Shown piece after piece: positions 19,152-33,350 of a DNA stretch of 64,000 nucleotides. The first letter of the stretch is position 1; every line of letters starts with the position of its first letter. The stretch is from the human T2T-CHM13v2.0 reference genome, Homo sapiens. The notes under the pieces are model-generated. The model had not been told where the DNA came from. It saw nothing but the letters and a program-made list of their open reading frames with translations, and made no database searches. A program made the position numbers and the translations under genes. The stretch lies in NCBI RefSeq assembly GCF_009914755.1, contig NC_060932.1, one strand, 5' to 3'.

Positions 19152-22100
19152 TCATCCCTGTCTTGTGCCAGTTTTCAAAGGGAATGCTTCCAGTTTTTGC
19201 CCATACAGTTTGATATTGACTGTGAGTTTGTCAAAAATAGCTCTTATTATTTTGAGATACATCCCATCAATACATAATTTATTGAGAGTTTTTACCATGA
19301 AGTGTTGTTGAATTTTGTCAAAGGCCTTTTCTGCATCTATTGAGATAATCATGTGGTTTTTGTCATTGGTTCTGTTTATATGCTGGATTACATTTATTGA
19401 TTTGTGTATGTTGAACCAGCCTTTCATCCCAGGGATGAAGCCCACTTGATCATGGTGGATAAGCTTTTTGATGTGCTGCTGGATTTGGTTTGCCAGTATT
19501 TTATTGAGGATTTTTGCATCAATGTTCATCAAGGATATTGGTCTAAAATTGTTTTTTTTTATTGTGTCTCTGCCAGGCTTTGGTTTCAGGATGATGCTGG
19601 CCTCATAAAATGAGTTAGGAAGGATTCCCTCTTTTTCTATTGATTGGAATAGTTTCAGAAAGAATGGTACCAGTTCCTCCTTGTACCTGTGGTAGAATTT
19701 GGCTGTGAATCCATCTGGTCCTGGACTTTTTTTGGTGGTAAGCTGTTAATTATTGCCTCAATTTCAGCTCCTGTTAGTGGTCTATTCAGAGATTCAACTT
19801 CTTCCTTGTTTAGTCTTGGGAGGGTGTATGAGTTGAGGAATGTATCCATTTCTTCTAGATTTTCTAGTTTATTTGTGCAGAGGTGTTCATAGTATTCTCT
19901 GATGGTAGTTTGTATTTCTCTGGGATCAGTGGTGATATCCCCTTTATCATTTTTTATTGAGTCTATTTGATTCTTCTCTCTTTTCTTCTTTATTAATCTT
20001 GCTAGCAGTCTATCAATTTCATTGATCTTTTTCAAAAAAACAGCTCCTGGATTCATTGATTTTTTGAAGGGCTTTTTATGTCTCTATTTCCCTCATTTCT
20101 GCTCTGATCTTAGTTATTTCTTGCCTTGTGCTAGCTTTTGAATGTTTGCTCTTGCTTCTCTAGTTATTTTAATTTTGATGTTAGGGTGTCCATTTTAAAT
20201 CTTTCCTGCTTTCTCTTGTGGGCATTTAATGCTATAAATTTCCCTCTACACACTGCTTTGAATGTGTCCCAGAGATTCTGGTATATTGTGTCTTTGTTCT
20301 TGTTGGTTTCAAAGAACATCTTTATTTCTGCTTTCATTTTGTTATGTACCCGGTAGTGACTCAGGAGCAGGTTGTTCAGTTTCCATGCAGTTGAGCAATT
20401 TTGAGTGAGTTTCTTAATCCTGAGTTCTAGTTTGATTGCACTGTGGTCTGAGAGACAGTTTGTAATAATTTCTGTACTTTTACACTTGCTGAGGAGTGCT
20501 TTACTTCCAACTATGTGGTCAATTTTGGGATAAGTGTGGTGTGGTGCTGATAAAAATGTATCTTCTGTTGATTTGGAGTGGAGAGTTCTGTAGATTTCTA
20601 TTAGGTCCACTTGGTGCAGAGCTGAGTTCAATTCCTGGATATCCTTTTTAACTTTCTGTCTTGTTGATCTGTCTAATGCTGACAGTGGGGTGTTAAAGTC
20701 TCCCATTATTATTGTGTGGTTGTCTAAGTCTCTTTGTAGGTCTCTCAGGACTTGCTTTATGAATCTAGGTGTTCTTGTATTGAGTGCATATATATTTAGG
20801 ATAGTTAGCTCTTCTTGTTGAATTGTTCCCTTTACCATTATGTAATGTCCTTCTTTGTCTCTTTTGATCGTTGTTAGTTTAAAGTCTGTTTTATCAGAGA
20901 CTAAGATTGCAACCCCTGCCTTTTTTTTGTTATCCATTTGCTTGGTAGCTCTTCCTCCATCTCTTTATTTTGAGCCTATGTGTGTCTCTGCACTTGAGAT
21001 GGGTTTCCTGAATACAGCACACTGATGGGTCTTGACTCTTTATCCAATTTGCAAGTCTGTGTCTTTTAATTGGAGGATTTAGCCCATTTACATTTAAGGT
21101 TAATATTGTTATGTGTGAATTTGATCCTGTCATTATGATGTTAGCTGGTTATTTTGCTCATTAGTTGATGCAGTTTCTTCCTAGCCTTGATGGTCTTTAC
21201 AATTTGGCATGTTTTTGCAGTGGCTGGTACCAGTTGTTCCTTTCCATGTTTAGTGCTTCCTTCAGGAGCTCTTGCAAGGCAGGCCTGGTGGTGACAGAAT
21301 CTCTCAGCATTTGCTTGTCTGTAAAGGATTTTATTTCTCCTTCATTTATGAAGCTTAGTTTGGCTGGATATGAAATTCTGGATTGAAAATTCTTTTCTTT
21401 AAGAATGTTGAATATTGGCCCCCACTCTCTTCTGGCTTGTAGAGTTTCTGCCGAGAGATCAGCTGTTAGTCTGATGAGCTTCCCTTTGTGGGTAACCCAA
21501 CCTTTCTCTCTGGCTGCACTTAACATTTTTTCCGTTATTTCAACTTTGGTGAATCTGACAATTATGTGTCTTGGAGTTGCTCTTCTCAAGGAGTATCTTT
21601 GTGGTGTTCTCTGTATTTTCTGAATTTGAATGTTGACCTGCATTGCTAGATTGGGTAAGTTCTCCTGGATAATATCCTGCAGAGTGTTTTCCAATTTGTT
21701 GCCATTCTCCGCATCACTTTCCAGTACACCAATCAGATGTAGATTTGGTCTTTTCACATAGTCCCATATTTCTTCGAGGCTTTGTTCATTTCTTTTTATT
21801 CTTTTTTCTCTAAATTTCTCTTCTCACTTCATTTCATTCATTTGATCTTCCATCACTGATACCCTTTCTTCCAGTTGATTGAATCAGCTACTGCGGCTTG
21901 TGCATTCATCACGTAGTTCTCGTGCCTTTGTTTTCAGCTCCATCAGGTCCTTTAAGGACTTCTCTGCATTGATTATTCTAGTTAGCCATTTGTCTAATTT
22001 TTTTTCAAGGTTTTTAACTTCTTTGCCATGGGTTCGAACTTCCCCCTTTAGCTTGGAGTAGTTTGAGTGTCTGAAGCCTTCTTCTCTCAACTCATCAAAG

Positions 22101-22786
22101 TCATTCTCCATCCAGCTTTTTTCCATTGCTGGTGAGGAGCTGCATTCCTTTGGAGGAGGAGAGGTGCTCTGATTTTTAGTTTCCAGTTTTTCTGCTCTGT
22201 TTTTTCCCCATCTTTGTGGTTTTATCTACCTTTGGTCTTTGATGATGGTGACGTACAGTTGGGGTTTTGGTTTGGATGTCCTTTCTGTTTGTTAGTTTTC
22301 CTTCTAACAGTCAGGACCCTCAGCTGCAGGTCTGTTGGAGTTTGCTGGAGGTCCACTCCAGACCCTGTTTGCCTGGGTATCAGCAGTGGAGGCTGCAGAA
22401 GAGCATATATTGGTGAGCAGCAAATGTTGCTGCCTGATCGTTCCTCTGGAAGTTTTGTCTCAGAGGAGTACACGGCTGTGTGAGGTGTCAGTCCGCCCCT
22501 ACTGGGGCGTGCCTCCCAGTTAGGCTACTCAGGGGTCAGGGACCCACTTGAGGAGGCAGTCTGTCCATTCTCAGATCTCCAGCTGTGTGCTGGGAGAACC
22601 ACTACTCTCTTCAAAGCTGCCAGACAGGGATATTTAAGTCTGCAGAGGATTCTGCTGCCTTTTGTTTGGCTATGCCCTGCACCCAGAGGTGGAGTCTACA
22701 GAGGCAGGCAGACCTCCTTGAGCTGTGGTGGGCTCCACCCAGTTCGAGCTTCCAGGCCACTTTGTTTACCTACTCAAGCCTCGGCA

Positions 22787-23098
22787 ATGGCAGACGCCCC
22801 TCCCCCAGCCTTGCTGCCACCTTGCAATTTGATCTCAGACTGCTGTGCTAGCAATGAACAAGGCTCCATGGGTGTAGGACCCTCCAAGCCAGGTGCAGGA
22901 TATAATCTCCTGGTGTGCCATTTGTGGAGCCCATTGGAAAAGTGCAGTGGGAATGACCTGATTTTCCAGGTGCTGTCTGTCACCCCTTTCTTTGACCCCT
23001 TGCACTTCCCGGGTGAGGCCATGCCTCACCCTGCTTCGGATCATGCACTGTACACTGCACCCACTGTCCTGCACCCACTGTCTGACACTCCCCAGTGA
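22787..23098 (+). CDS. L1 ORF0-like antisense ORF (103 aa, frameshifted C-terminus)
   Basis: gcaATGG start, MADAPPPALLPPCNLISDCCASN..., open to 23098. Expression unknown. Confidence 0.4.
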   Translation: MADAPPPALLPPCNLISDCCASNEQGSMGVGPSKPGAGYNLLVCHLWSPLEKCSGNDLIFQVLSVTPFFDPLHFPGEAMPHPASDHALYTAPTVLHPLSDTPQ

Positions 23099-24309
23099 GA
23101 TGAACTTGGTACCTCAGTTGGAAATGTAGAAATCACCCATCTTCTGCGTCGCTCATGCTGGGAGATGTAGACTGGAGCTGTTCCTATTTGGCTATCTTGG
23201 CTCCACCCTCCGAGTAGTTCTTTTCTAAATATTGTCTTGCAATGTCAGCCTGAAACTGTAGCCTGGGTCTCTGGTGTGAATCGGGAGACAAAGGAAAGGG
23301 GCTTTTATTGGGAGCAAGAACAAGGAGTTCAGGGAATCTCCCAGGGACTGCAGTGAGGCTAATCATTTTCTGTAATGGCATAGACTAGGTGAACCGAGGA
23401 AACAATCCCAAAATTTCAGTGCATTACCACAAAAGGGTTTTTTTTTTTTTTTTTTTTTTTTGCTGAAACTGTATGTCCACCTTGGCCTATGGGGGGCTCT
23501 GCCCATTGTTGAGGGGATTTTAAGTACTCTGGAACCCAGGCTGATGGAGTCACAACCTTGACATAATTCCACCATCAGCAAGGCAGGGGATGGAAAAAGT
23601 GGTGAATTATTTACTGAAACTTAAAGTGTCCACTCTGAAGAGACACATCACTTTTGTTCACATTACATGTAAGTCATCTGGCCACACCTAACTTCAAGGG
23701 AGCATATATTAGAAAGGAAAATAAAATATTTGGAGAACAGCACTAGTGACTCCTCAAATCTGCTCTCTAATAACAAAATATTGAATTCACTCTCCTATGC
23801 AAGAAATATATTCACCCCTTTTTGAGGGTGACAACTGGGGAATTCCATTGTGGAAGGACTCCAAGCCCAGAGTTTAGGATCTCTGGGTGATGTACTTATG
23901 TGGAAGTCTATTTCAGGGCTGGAGATGGCACTTCATAAACTAAGAAAAAAGTGATCTGCTCCCCATCTGTCCAATATGTAATTCAGCAGGAGTAGAATAA
24001 CTGCAGCAACAACAAAACATATTCAAAAAGGATAAAACAGAAGAAATATAGAAAACCCTATTCAGGAGCAATTTTGAAATCCTGCTGTCAGTCATTTGAG
24101 GGCCTCCAACTCCAGCAGAAATTGCACTTCCGGGGTCACCAGCAGCCACAACATCAGTGTGTTGGTAGAAGGAGGCAGAATGAAAGAACTAGGGGAATCA
24201 GTATCTGATCACAGGTGAGAAACGGAACAGTTTGAAGGGGAAGGGCTGATTTCTAGCAATAAAGCCACTTTGGCTCATACCATTATAATTTTGGTTATAC
24301 AGAGTAAGC

Positions 24310-24550
24310 GTTAACATTAATTGGTTACCCTTCTGAGTGCCAAGGACTGCTCTAAAAGCTATAACCAGTCTTCACAACAGCTTGTGAGGTTTATTCCTTT
24401 GAGCTGATCCATGTTTTGTGGATGAGGAAGGCAACATATAGAGGTATTACACTGCATGCCTGAAATCATGTAGCTAACACATAATAGAAGTGGGATATTG
24501 GATCCCAGGTTCAGGGTTTTCAACCCCTTATGCTTAACCCCTACTCTGTG
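24310..24550 (-). mobile_element. MIR
   Basis: cttcacaacagcttgtgagg...ttttgtggatgaggaa...gatcccaggt core-like sequence. Confidence 0.6.
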
Positions 24551-26599
24551 TTACCTTTCAAAGGGATAGACTGTAGAATATAATTATGTACATTGAAAAA
24601 ATATAATTCTTTATTTTTTTCTGTCTTGTTAATGGGAGTATATGGTCTGTTTTATGGGTAGCTCATAAGTTATTTAGCACATCTATAAATAAGCAGAAGA
24701 TAGTATTTTAATTTTTTAAAGTTGTCATGAGCATGTATATGTATGCATCAGTGATGCAATTTAGCTCTTTTGTGACTTAGATGTGATTTTGCTCTCTGTG
24801 AGTTTTTACCCTATTTCAGGCCCCACCTAGTCAATAAATTGATACCAATAAATTAATTTATAGTCCTCTTTGCAACTTGGTGAATTTTTAATAATACTAG
24901 GAAGAAAGTCATACCTAGAAATTGCCAGTATATTTTAGAAATTGGTTGTGGCTGTATGAAATATTTATTTAATATCTGAAGGCAACAATATAAAACAAAA
25001 CCACAGGGTGGCAGCCACAACATATTTTTTTCTCTGGAGGCAATTTTACGTCTTTTCTGAAAGGTAGTAGTGTAGGGAAACTATTTTATACTAAACTGAA
25101 GAGATGACATCTTTATTTCATAAAATGATCCAAGCACAGAAGTTCTATAATTTGCTATAGGTACTTGGTGAGCAGTTTTAACTTGTAGACATCATATGAC
25201 TGTTGTACAGGCCACTATGAAGTTGTATATGTATTGTTTTTGTGAACCTTTTGTCTCCCTCTTCTTTGATCCACTAGCCTAAAGATACCTGCACAATGTG
25301 TGTTCTTATGTAACTGAGATCCTTTATACTATGGAGGGTAAGAAAAGATGTGAACAACCTCAAATCTGTTATTTGCTTTTTGAATGTAGCAAAAATCTAC
25401 ATAAACTCGTTCTCATAATCACCCACTCTACTGAGCCCTGACTTGTCTCAGTTTACGCAAATGTAGCTAAAACACAAAATGTGTATTGAGCACTTAGTTT
25501 ACACATAATATCAGCTAATGTGTGCTGATGACTTACTGTGCACCTAACTCTGGTGTAAGACCATACTCAGTCTCTATGAGAAGTCTGAGAGATACCCGCT
25601 GTTGGTACCATCCCCATTTTATGGTTGAAGAAACAATGTACAAGCAGCCCAAACACTGAACAAGAAGATGGTCAACTTGTGGCCAGTGGAATAATGTGTC
25701 AATTATAATGGATATGACAGAAAAGAGTTCTATATTACAAGGCAACTTTCATATGTAGAAAGATGACTCATAGAACTTGGTGAGCCACCATTATGATGAC
25801 CTCCTTTCTGTGCAAGAAGTGCCTTTAGTTCCTACCAGAAAAGAACTCACAGGCAGTAGTTTTAGTGGAAAGTAGGAAGTTATGGAGCAGCAGGTATGAA
25901 AGTGGAGGGGCAGGGAAGAACCCAGCATGTGTGTTGGTCCATTTCAGGAAGTGAGAAGAAAACACAGTTAAAAAGAATGATTCATTATTGGGTAAAGTGG
26001 CTGGGTTTCTGGGGCTCTGTACCTACTGACCAGATCAAATTCAATGAACTGCTAACTTGGGAGCTTTGCTAAACACACCAAAGGCAACATTATAGCAATT
26101 CTATTACATATTCCTGTCACCAAGGAAAATGTAAGACATTATCTGTTGTATTTGGCACAGGAGTTCTCTAGGTTGTATGCTCCCAAATGACCACAAGGTG
26201 GGGCAAGATGATACTCAACTGACTGTTCCACAAACTTTGGGGAATTTTTCTGTCTCTTTTAACATCTGAATCCTGTGCATCTGTTAATTTGTAGTTTAGT
26301 ATTTTTTGTGTTCATAGATTAAAACCAAAACCCCAGCTAATGACCTTGTACACATCTTTGTCATATTGTGCCATGTGATACGTAATGTCACAGACCTTGG
26401 ACTGCGTTGCAAAGCCAGCTTTCTTCCATCTTCCTGACATTGAAATACACTATGCCCTGTGGTTCACCCTGACTCTGATTCATCTTGGCTAGTGGTGGGG
26501 GAGGTGGTCTCCCAAGCTGAGATAGGGAATACAGGAGAAAGCAAGGGTTGGGGAGGGCCAGTGGAGAAAGGGGGAAAATGTGAGTTCTTCTTTGGGTAG

Positions 26600-27022
26600 T
26601 AATATGGTTTAGATGTTTATCCCCTCCCAAATTATGTTAAAGTGTGACCTCCAATGTTGAAGGTGGGTCTAGTGGTATGTATTTGGGTCATGGGGGCAGA
26701 TCTCTTATGAATGGCTTAGTGTCATCCCCTGGTTGATGAGTGGGTTCTTGGTCAGTTAGTTCACATGAAATCTGGTTATTTAAAAGAATCTAGGCTCTTC
26801 CCCCACCCCCCACTGTTTGCTCCTTTTCTGGCCATGTGACCTGCCTGCTTTTCCTTTGTCTTCTGCCATGAGCAAAAGCTCCCTGAGGTCTCCCCAGAAG
26901 CTTAGCTGATTCAGGTGCCATGCTCGTACAGCCTGCAGAACTGTCAGCCAAATAAACCTATTTTCTTTATAAGTTACCCAGTGTCAGGTATTCCTTTGTA
27001 GCAATGCAAAAGGACTAGAACT
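26600..27022 (+). mobile_element. MaLR solo LTR (MST-type)
   Basis: atatggtttagatgtt...aaataaacctattttctttataagttacccag...gcaatgcaaaaggacta. Confidence 0.85.
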
Positions 27023-27587
27023 GGCAGGAAAGTTTGTGATGACAGCAGTGGACATATGGACCATGTGATATGTAATGTCATACATTATCACCCAACCAGA
27101 AATTACACATGCTGCAAGGGGCCAGGCAGGTGGACATGTGAAGCCTCTTGGTCAGGGGTGGGGAGCTGTGGCCAATGGCAAAGAAAGTCCAGGCACAGTC
27201 CACTCCTCAGATCCAGGCTTTTGATGCCATGTGGCAACACTGGTGGTCTTTTATTGTGAGGGAATCCAGAAATCCAGATTTTTGTGAAAAAAAATCCCGA
27301 TTTTAAAATATCAAAATGTTTAAGAATTTTCAAGTCAAACAAACCATGTCCTGAGTGCTAACATTAATCTAGATAGATTAATCTACACATACTCTGTATA
27401 ACTCACACAATCAGTAGCCCTCCCTTGATTCCTCTTCTTAATGTAATAACTAGAACATTGTTAAACACCAGAAGGAATTTTGTGCAGTTTTATTTCACTT
27501 CTGCATTGAGGCATTCCTTCAACAATCCTGTGTTCCGTGCCTTCTTGTCAGGCATTACTCTACTTAGTGGAGAATAAGGGCTGTACG

Positions 27588-27684
27588 TGTAGGAAAGGAA
27601 AATAATCTTTTCCTCACCCACCCTAGGTTCATGGCTGAGGCTCCTATAACAAAATACAGATGAACAAGAAAACGGCCTACACAT
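27588..27684. mobile_element. ERV LTR fragment (MER-type)
   Basis: tgtagg...ggttcatggctgaggctcctataacaaaatacagatgaacaag. Family uncertain. Confidence 0.45.
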
Positions 27685-27990
<306 letters not shown>

Positions 27991-29369
27991 AACTCTAGGA
28001 CAGGGGAAAAGTTAAGCAAAGATGAAGTTTCTGCTGTAGTTCAGCCTCAGCCTGCTCCCACAGAGAGTTTGAATGGCATCACAAAGTTGGCATCACCTTA
28101 AGGTGAGGGGGTCAGGTTTTGCAGGCCTCTGTATCAGCCCTCAGTTGTGAATGCCTTTGGAGGAAGGCAAAGTCCTCCAGAAACTTCCAGGTGAATAGCA
28201 ATTCTTTGGAGAAGTGTGCAGTTGTGAGCCATTGGTGGCTATCACTCACAGCAGCTGGGGAACTTGGTGTACCAATCTGGTAAGGGTTTGGGGTGGACAA
28301 AGCACCAACAGCATTACTGCATTTTGCCACAGTGATTTCTACAAATGTGCAGTGAGCTTTACAGGAATGGTAATCATGCAAGAAACCTGTTGTTTTATTC
28401 TTCGCCAACACACTAATTGTAAGTTTGGTAACTTTTTTAGTCTTGTGCGTTTTCCCCTTTAAATATGCTTTTATTTTTGGTTACCCAGTCCTTCCAAAAC
28501 CTAACTTTTTTTCTAAATATCTTAGTTTCTGAATCTTTCTTTGTGCCTAGATGTTTTATTTTCATCTTTCAGACTTACCTTAGATGCCAGTTTCTCTAGG
28601 AAGCCTCCCTCAATCTTCTAAAGCTGGGATACTTTCCTGCTACTCAATTTTCATAAAATCTGATACAGTCTGGTTTTCATGACACTACAGCAATATTGTA
28701 GAATTATCTAGCTATGTGTATTATCTAGCTATGTGTTTGAGTCAGTCAGGGTTGGTCAGGAAAACAGGAGACACTCCATGTTTTGGGGGCAGAAGGGGTT
28801 TGTTATTAGGAATTAGGGACTTGCTTGACTGTTGGTAAAGCTGGGGAATATTGAAGGCCAGGGAAGCCAGGGGAAGGAAAGCAGACATTGGAGATCTCAT
28901 CCGGAAACAACAGGGAAGGGGCTTCTCAGGAACTTACCAGCAAGCTGCTGCAACTCTTAAGAATCTCTAAGAGGTCCCCCACTCCCTCCGAGTGTAGCAG
29001 TGACACAGATGAGTTCTCAAGAGCTCACCAGGGAGCCATTCTGAAGCTCTCATTTGCTTCAGTCAAGATGAGGTTGCCTCTAGAGGATAGAACTTCTCTT
29101 TTTCTTCTGTCTTCCAAATCTTGAGTGACTTCTATGGGCAGTTCCACATCCTAGGTAAGTGGATTGTGGGAGAAGACCTTAAAAGGAATGATGGTGATGC
29201 CCAGTTGACAACAGATCATTCAACATAGTATCTCATGGTAAACGTTAAGAGACAAAATTGCAACAAGTTTAGTTAAATCGTCAAATTGACTTTTATTTGT
29301 GATTCATGAGTCAGGTAGCATCTCATCTAAAAAATAGAGTGGTGCTCTGTTGGGAGTGATGGAAGAGTC

Positions 29370-29555
29370 AAGTGTTGTTGCTGTTGTTGCTGCTGCTGAG
29401 ACGGAGTCTCACTCTGTCACCCAGGCTGGATGGAGAGCAGTGGTGTGATCTCAGCTCACTGCAACCTCCGCCTCCTGGGTTGAAGTGATTCTCCCATCTC
29501 AGCCTCCCGAGTAGCTGGGACCACAGGTACGTGCCACCATGCCTGGCTAATTTGT

Positions 29556-29614
<59 letters not shown>

Positions 29615-29733
29615 TTTAGTAGAGACGGGGTTTGCCATGTTAGCCAGGATGGTCTCAATCTCCTGACCTTATGATCCACCCTCCTGGGCCTCCCAAAGTG
29701 CTGGGATTACAGGCGTGAGCCACCGCCCCCAAC
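29370..29733 (-). mobile_element. Alu (AluSc-like) with (TG)n in the linker and (TTG/CTG)n tail
   Basis: TSD tggaagagtc at 29360-29369 and 29734-29743. Confidence 0.95.
29553..29610. repeat. (TG)n microsatellite
   Basis: Direct reading; one interruption. Confidence 0.97.
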
Positions 29734-30895
29734 TGGAAGAGTCTGTTTTTAAAAGCTTGAGGAGAAATAAGGAAACAACATAATACAAAAAGCAGATTGG
29801 TTAACAGCAGGTTACTTTCCTTGTAAGGGTTAAAGCAGAGGGGACTTCCTTACTATATTCACTAAAACTGGCCTGTTTGGGGATTTGGCTATTATTTCTT
29901 TTTCTCTCTTACTTTCTCAGAAGGTCAGACAAAAAACTTAGTTTTGGTGATGGGGAACTTTAGCATGGGTTACTTCATTTTGGTTTGGTCTGTTGGGGCC
30001 TAGTGCAGGAGCTCAGTTCAAACCAATGGCCTTCTAGAAATTTTACTTAATATATAGTATGAGTGTTTCACCAGCTGGAGAATGTATCTTTCTCATGTTT
30101 ATGTTCCCAGAGTCTAGTGTGGTTCCTGGAAAATAAAGGCGTTCAATAAATGTTCATTAAATAACAGAATAAGTAATGAGGAGAGGACAATAGCTCCCTG
30201 AAACCAGATAATTTTGGTTATGTTATAAACGGTGTTATGAGAGATCAGTAGTTAATCTCCAGAAGAGCCTCGTGTTTAGTAACTTATGGTAGAGATAACG
30301 GCAATTCGGGTTGATATTTTTTCTACGCTGACCAAAACTGTCACATTTCTGAAAGCTAAAATCCTCGGTAGAAGGAAACCTTTTGCAATTCAGGGCACTG
30401 AACCTGTTGAGGCATGTTACGCCAATCTCTGCAATATTATCACCTCTTTTTAACTTTTTCTTAAGTTTCTTCCAGTGCTCAGGAACCATGTATATATTTA
30501 GTGAGCTGCGACGAGGTGGTACCCTTGCTTATTTGTTATAGTAGGCCACTGCCTTCTACACAAGGGATGTGATGGAGCCAGAAATCTTAGTCTTAAAGCA
30601 ACTAAACCGTCCCTCAAATTATAACATTGTTGTTAGTTGACGTAAGATACACACATTGCTTCAAACAAGAATTAAAGCAAGCTCAAAAGTGAAAGAGAAA
30701 ATCAGAGCCTAACGTCGTTGTCTATAATGCTTTTACCATCTGAGTTACTGAACAACAGGCACTAGAATCTTGTTCTCTGAGGTGTCCCCAGGGATTCTTC
30801 TCTTCAGTTACTATGTCTCCGCTTACTGTGTTAGTTGGGATGATTCAGAGGTCTATTGTCTTACCTTACTTCTGAAGTCTATGGGGGGACTCACT

Positions 30896-31285
30896 CCTCC
30901 TCCCCCTCTTCCTCCTCCTCCTCCCCTTCTTCTTCTTCCTCCTCCTCCTCTTCTCCTTATCCTTCTTCTTCTTTCTTCTTCTTATTTTTGTTTCTTTTTG
31001 AGACAGTACCTCCCTCTGTCATCCAGACTGGAGTGCAATGGTGCGATCACAGCTCACTGCAGCCTCGACCTCCATCCAGGGCTCAAGCAATTCTCCTACC
31101 TCAGCTTCCTGAATAGCTTGGACCACAGGCATGCACCACCATGCCCGGTTAATTATTTTATTTTTTATAGAGACAGTGTTCCCCTATGTTTTCCAGGCTT
31201 GTCTTGAACTCCTGGGCTCAAGCTCTCCTCCTGCTTCTGCCTCCCAAAATGCTGGGATTACAGGTGTGAGCCACCACGCCTGGCC
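30896..31285 (-). mobile_element. Alu (AluJ-like) with (CCT/CTT)n-converted tail
   Basis: TSD gggactcact at 30886-30895 and 31286-31295. Confidence 0.93.
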
Positions 31286-31789
31286 GGGACTCACTTTTCT
31301 ACCCCAGCAGTGAGTAGGCTTTTGAATTAGCTCAAATTATGTCTAAGAAAGAGTTGATCATGACCAATAGAGGCAAACTTGCTGTATCATGACTGAAATC
31401 CTTCCCTTTAAGATCCACAAACTTCTTTCCAACAAAGTTAAAGCTTTCCATAGGACTTACACTTTTTTTGAAGTCAGAAAAGTAATCTACGCTCATTGTA
31501 TAAAACCCCCCAAATAAATGTAAACAAAGAGAAGAAAGAAAAACATAATTAATCTCAGCTTCAATAGCATTTTAGGGAATGTCCTTTATTACCAATTTAT
31601 TTATACATGTGATTGATTTGGTACACTCTTAGCACATACTCTGTTCCAGGCACCATGCCAGGTTTTGAATTTGCAAAGAAGAGTAAAATAGACAGTCTTT
31701 CTCTATGAGACAAATATGGCCCCTCTCTCTCTCTGATTATATAAACACATGCATATGTGTTTTATAAAAAGAGTGTCATATTTTACGAA

Positions 31790-32097
31790 CAGTGGGCCCT
31801 CTGTGTCTGCCATTCTGCATTCATTAGTTCAACCAACCACAGATCAAAAATATTTGGAAAAAAATGTTTACAGTACAATAGAAAATAATACAAATAAAAA
31901 CCAATATACTATAACAACTACTTACATAGCAATTGCAATATATTAGGCATTATAAGTAATTTAGAGAAGATTTAATGTATCTGAGAGATTGTGTGTAGGT
32001 TAGATGCAAATACTATGCTAGTTCATATCAGGGACTTGAGCATTCTTGAATTTTGATATCCACTGGGATCCTGGGACCAATACCCATGGATGTGGAG
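31790..32097 (+). mobile_element. MER2-like Tigger MITE
   Basis: cagtgggccctctgtgtc...ttcaaccaaccacagatcaaaaatattt...accaatacccatggat. Confidence 0.75.
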
Positions 32098-32294
32098 CCT
32101 TGCTTTTTCCCATTAATAATATACTAAGAACATTTTTCCATGTCATTAAATAATTTTCAAAGGCATTATTTTAAATTCATAATATTTTATTTTCTAGATA
32201 TACCATAGTTTATTCACTAAATTTTCCTATTCTTGAAAATATACATGTATCTACTTTTTTACCACAAAAAAATGATTCATGGCTATGAAAATAT

Positions 32295-32548
32295 AGTCAG
32301 AATGAATAGGATCTAGTATTTGATAGCACAGCAGGGTGACTACAGTCAATAATAATTTATTGTACATTTCAAAATAACTAAGAGGATAATTGGATAATTT
32401 GTAACACAAAGAAAGAATACATGCTTGAGATGATAGATGGTTCCATTTACCCTGATTTAGTTACTACCCATCATATGCCTATATCAAAATATCTTATGTA
32501 CTCCATAAATACATACACCTACTATGTACCCACAAAATAAGAAAAAGA
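32295..32548 (+). mobile_element. L1MA-type 3' end
   Basis: gatctagtatttgatagcaca...actatgtacccacaaaat. Confidence 0.8.
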
Positions 32549-33350
32549 GATTCAGTGAACAGTGTTGTAGCCAAATTTTTGCCTGCAACCACAATTATAT
32601 TCCTTGTCTAAATTCCCAAAGTTGATGCTGATGAATTAAATGACTTGCAAAATTTTAAGGCTTTGCTAGCTATGGCTAGATTTACTTCATAAGGGCAACA
32701 TCAATTTTGTCCCTATTCTCGCACTTCTGTGAATCCTCACCAATACTGAGTATTTTCATTTAAATGTATTTTCACTATACATAAAACATATAAATGTATT
32801 TATATTTCATTGTTTAAATGTATATTATTTATACTTGATTACTAATGAGGTTGAATATGTTTTTTCTACATTATTAGCCATTTTTCTTATTGTTTGCTTG
32901 CTAATTCCTCAGTTCAGTTTTTTACTGGACATTAGTTTTTTCTCATTGCTATGTGGGGATTTTTTGTATGTTTAAGTTATTAACCCCTGCAATTATGTTT
33001 CTAGTTTCATATTTGTATCTTATTTTGCATTTTTTGTCATACAGAATTTAACATTTTATAAGTATTTTTATTTTATTTTATCTTATTTTATTTATCTTAG
33101 TTTTTGGCATGTATGTTTTCTTTAAAGTTTCTAATTTTAGATTAGAAAATCATTTAGGCATCATTTAGAAAGAGGTAGAAGCAAGGATGAGCATTTTTAT
33201 GGCTCATTAGAAATTATCCTCTAGAATTAGCTCTCTTTTCTTTGATTTAGAATTTCTCTAAAGAATACTTGACCATGCAATAGGGAAATGATGAAATCCT
33301 TCAACTTTGTGGGGGAAGCCTTCCCAAAGTTTCTTAATTGGGAGAGAGGG

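Larger units (their letters stand above)
29243..30050. mobile_element. Probable ERV LTR, interrupted by an Alu
   Basis: LTR-like composition and termini. Family not determined. Confidence 0.4.

Noticed and set aside
28702-28737. 17-bp tandem duplication attatctagctatgtgt (also a ~12-bp one near 3530)
   Set aside because: Two-copy slippage duplications are common. There is no array or spacer structure, so this is not CRISPR-like.
29368-29679. His-Thr repeat ORFs
   Set aside because: Translation of (CA)n inside an Alu.
30770-31207. Poly-Pro/Leu and poly-Ser ORFs
   Set aside because: Translations of a trinucleotide tract plus antisense Alu.
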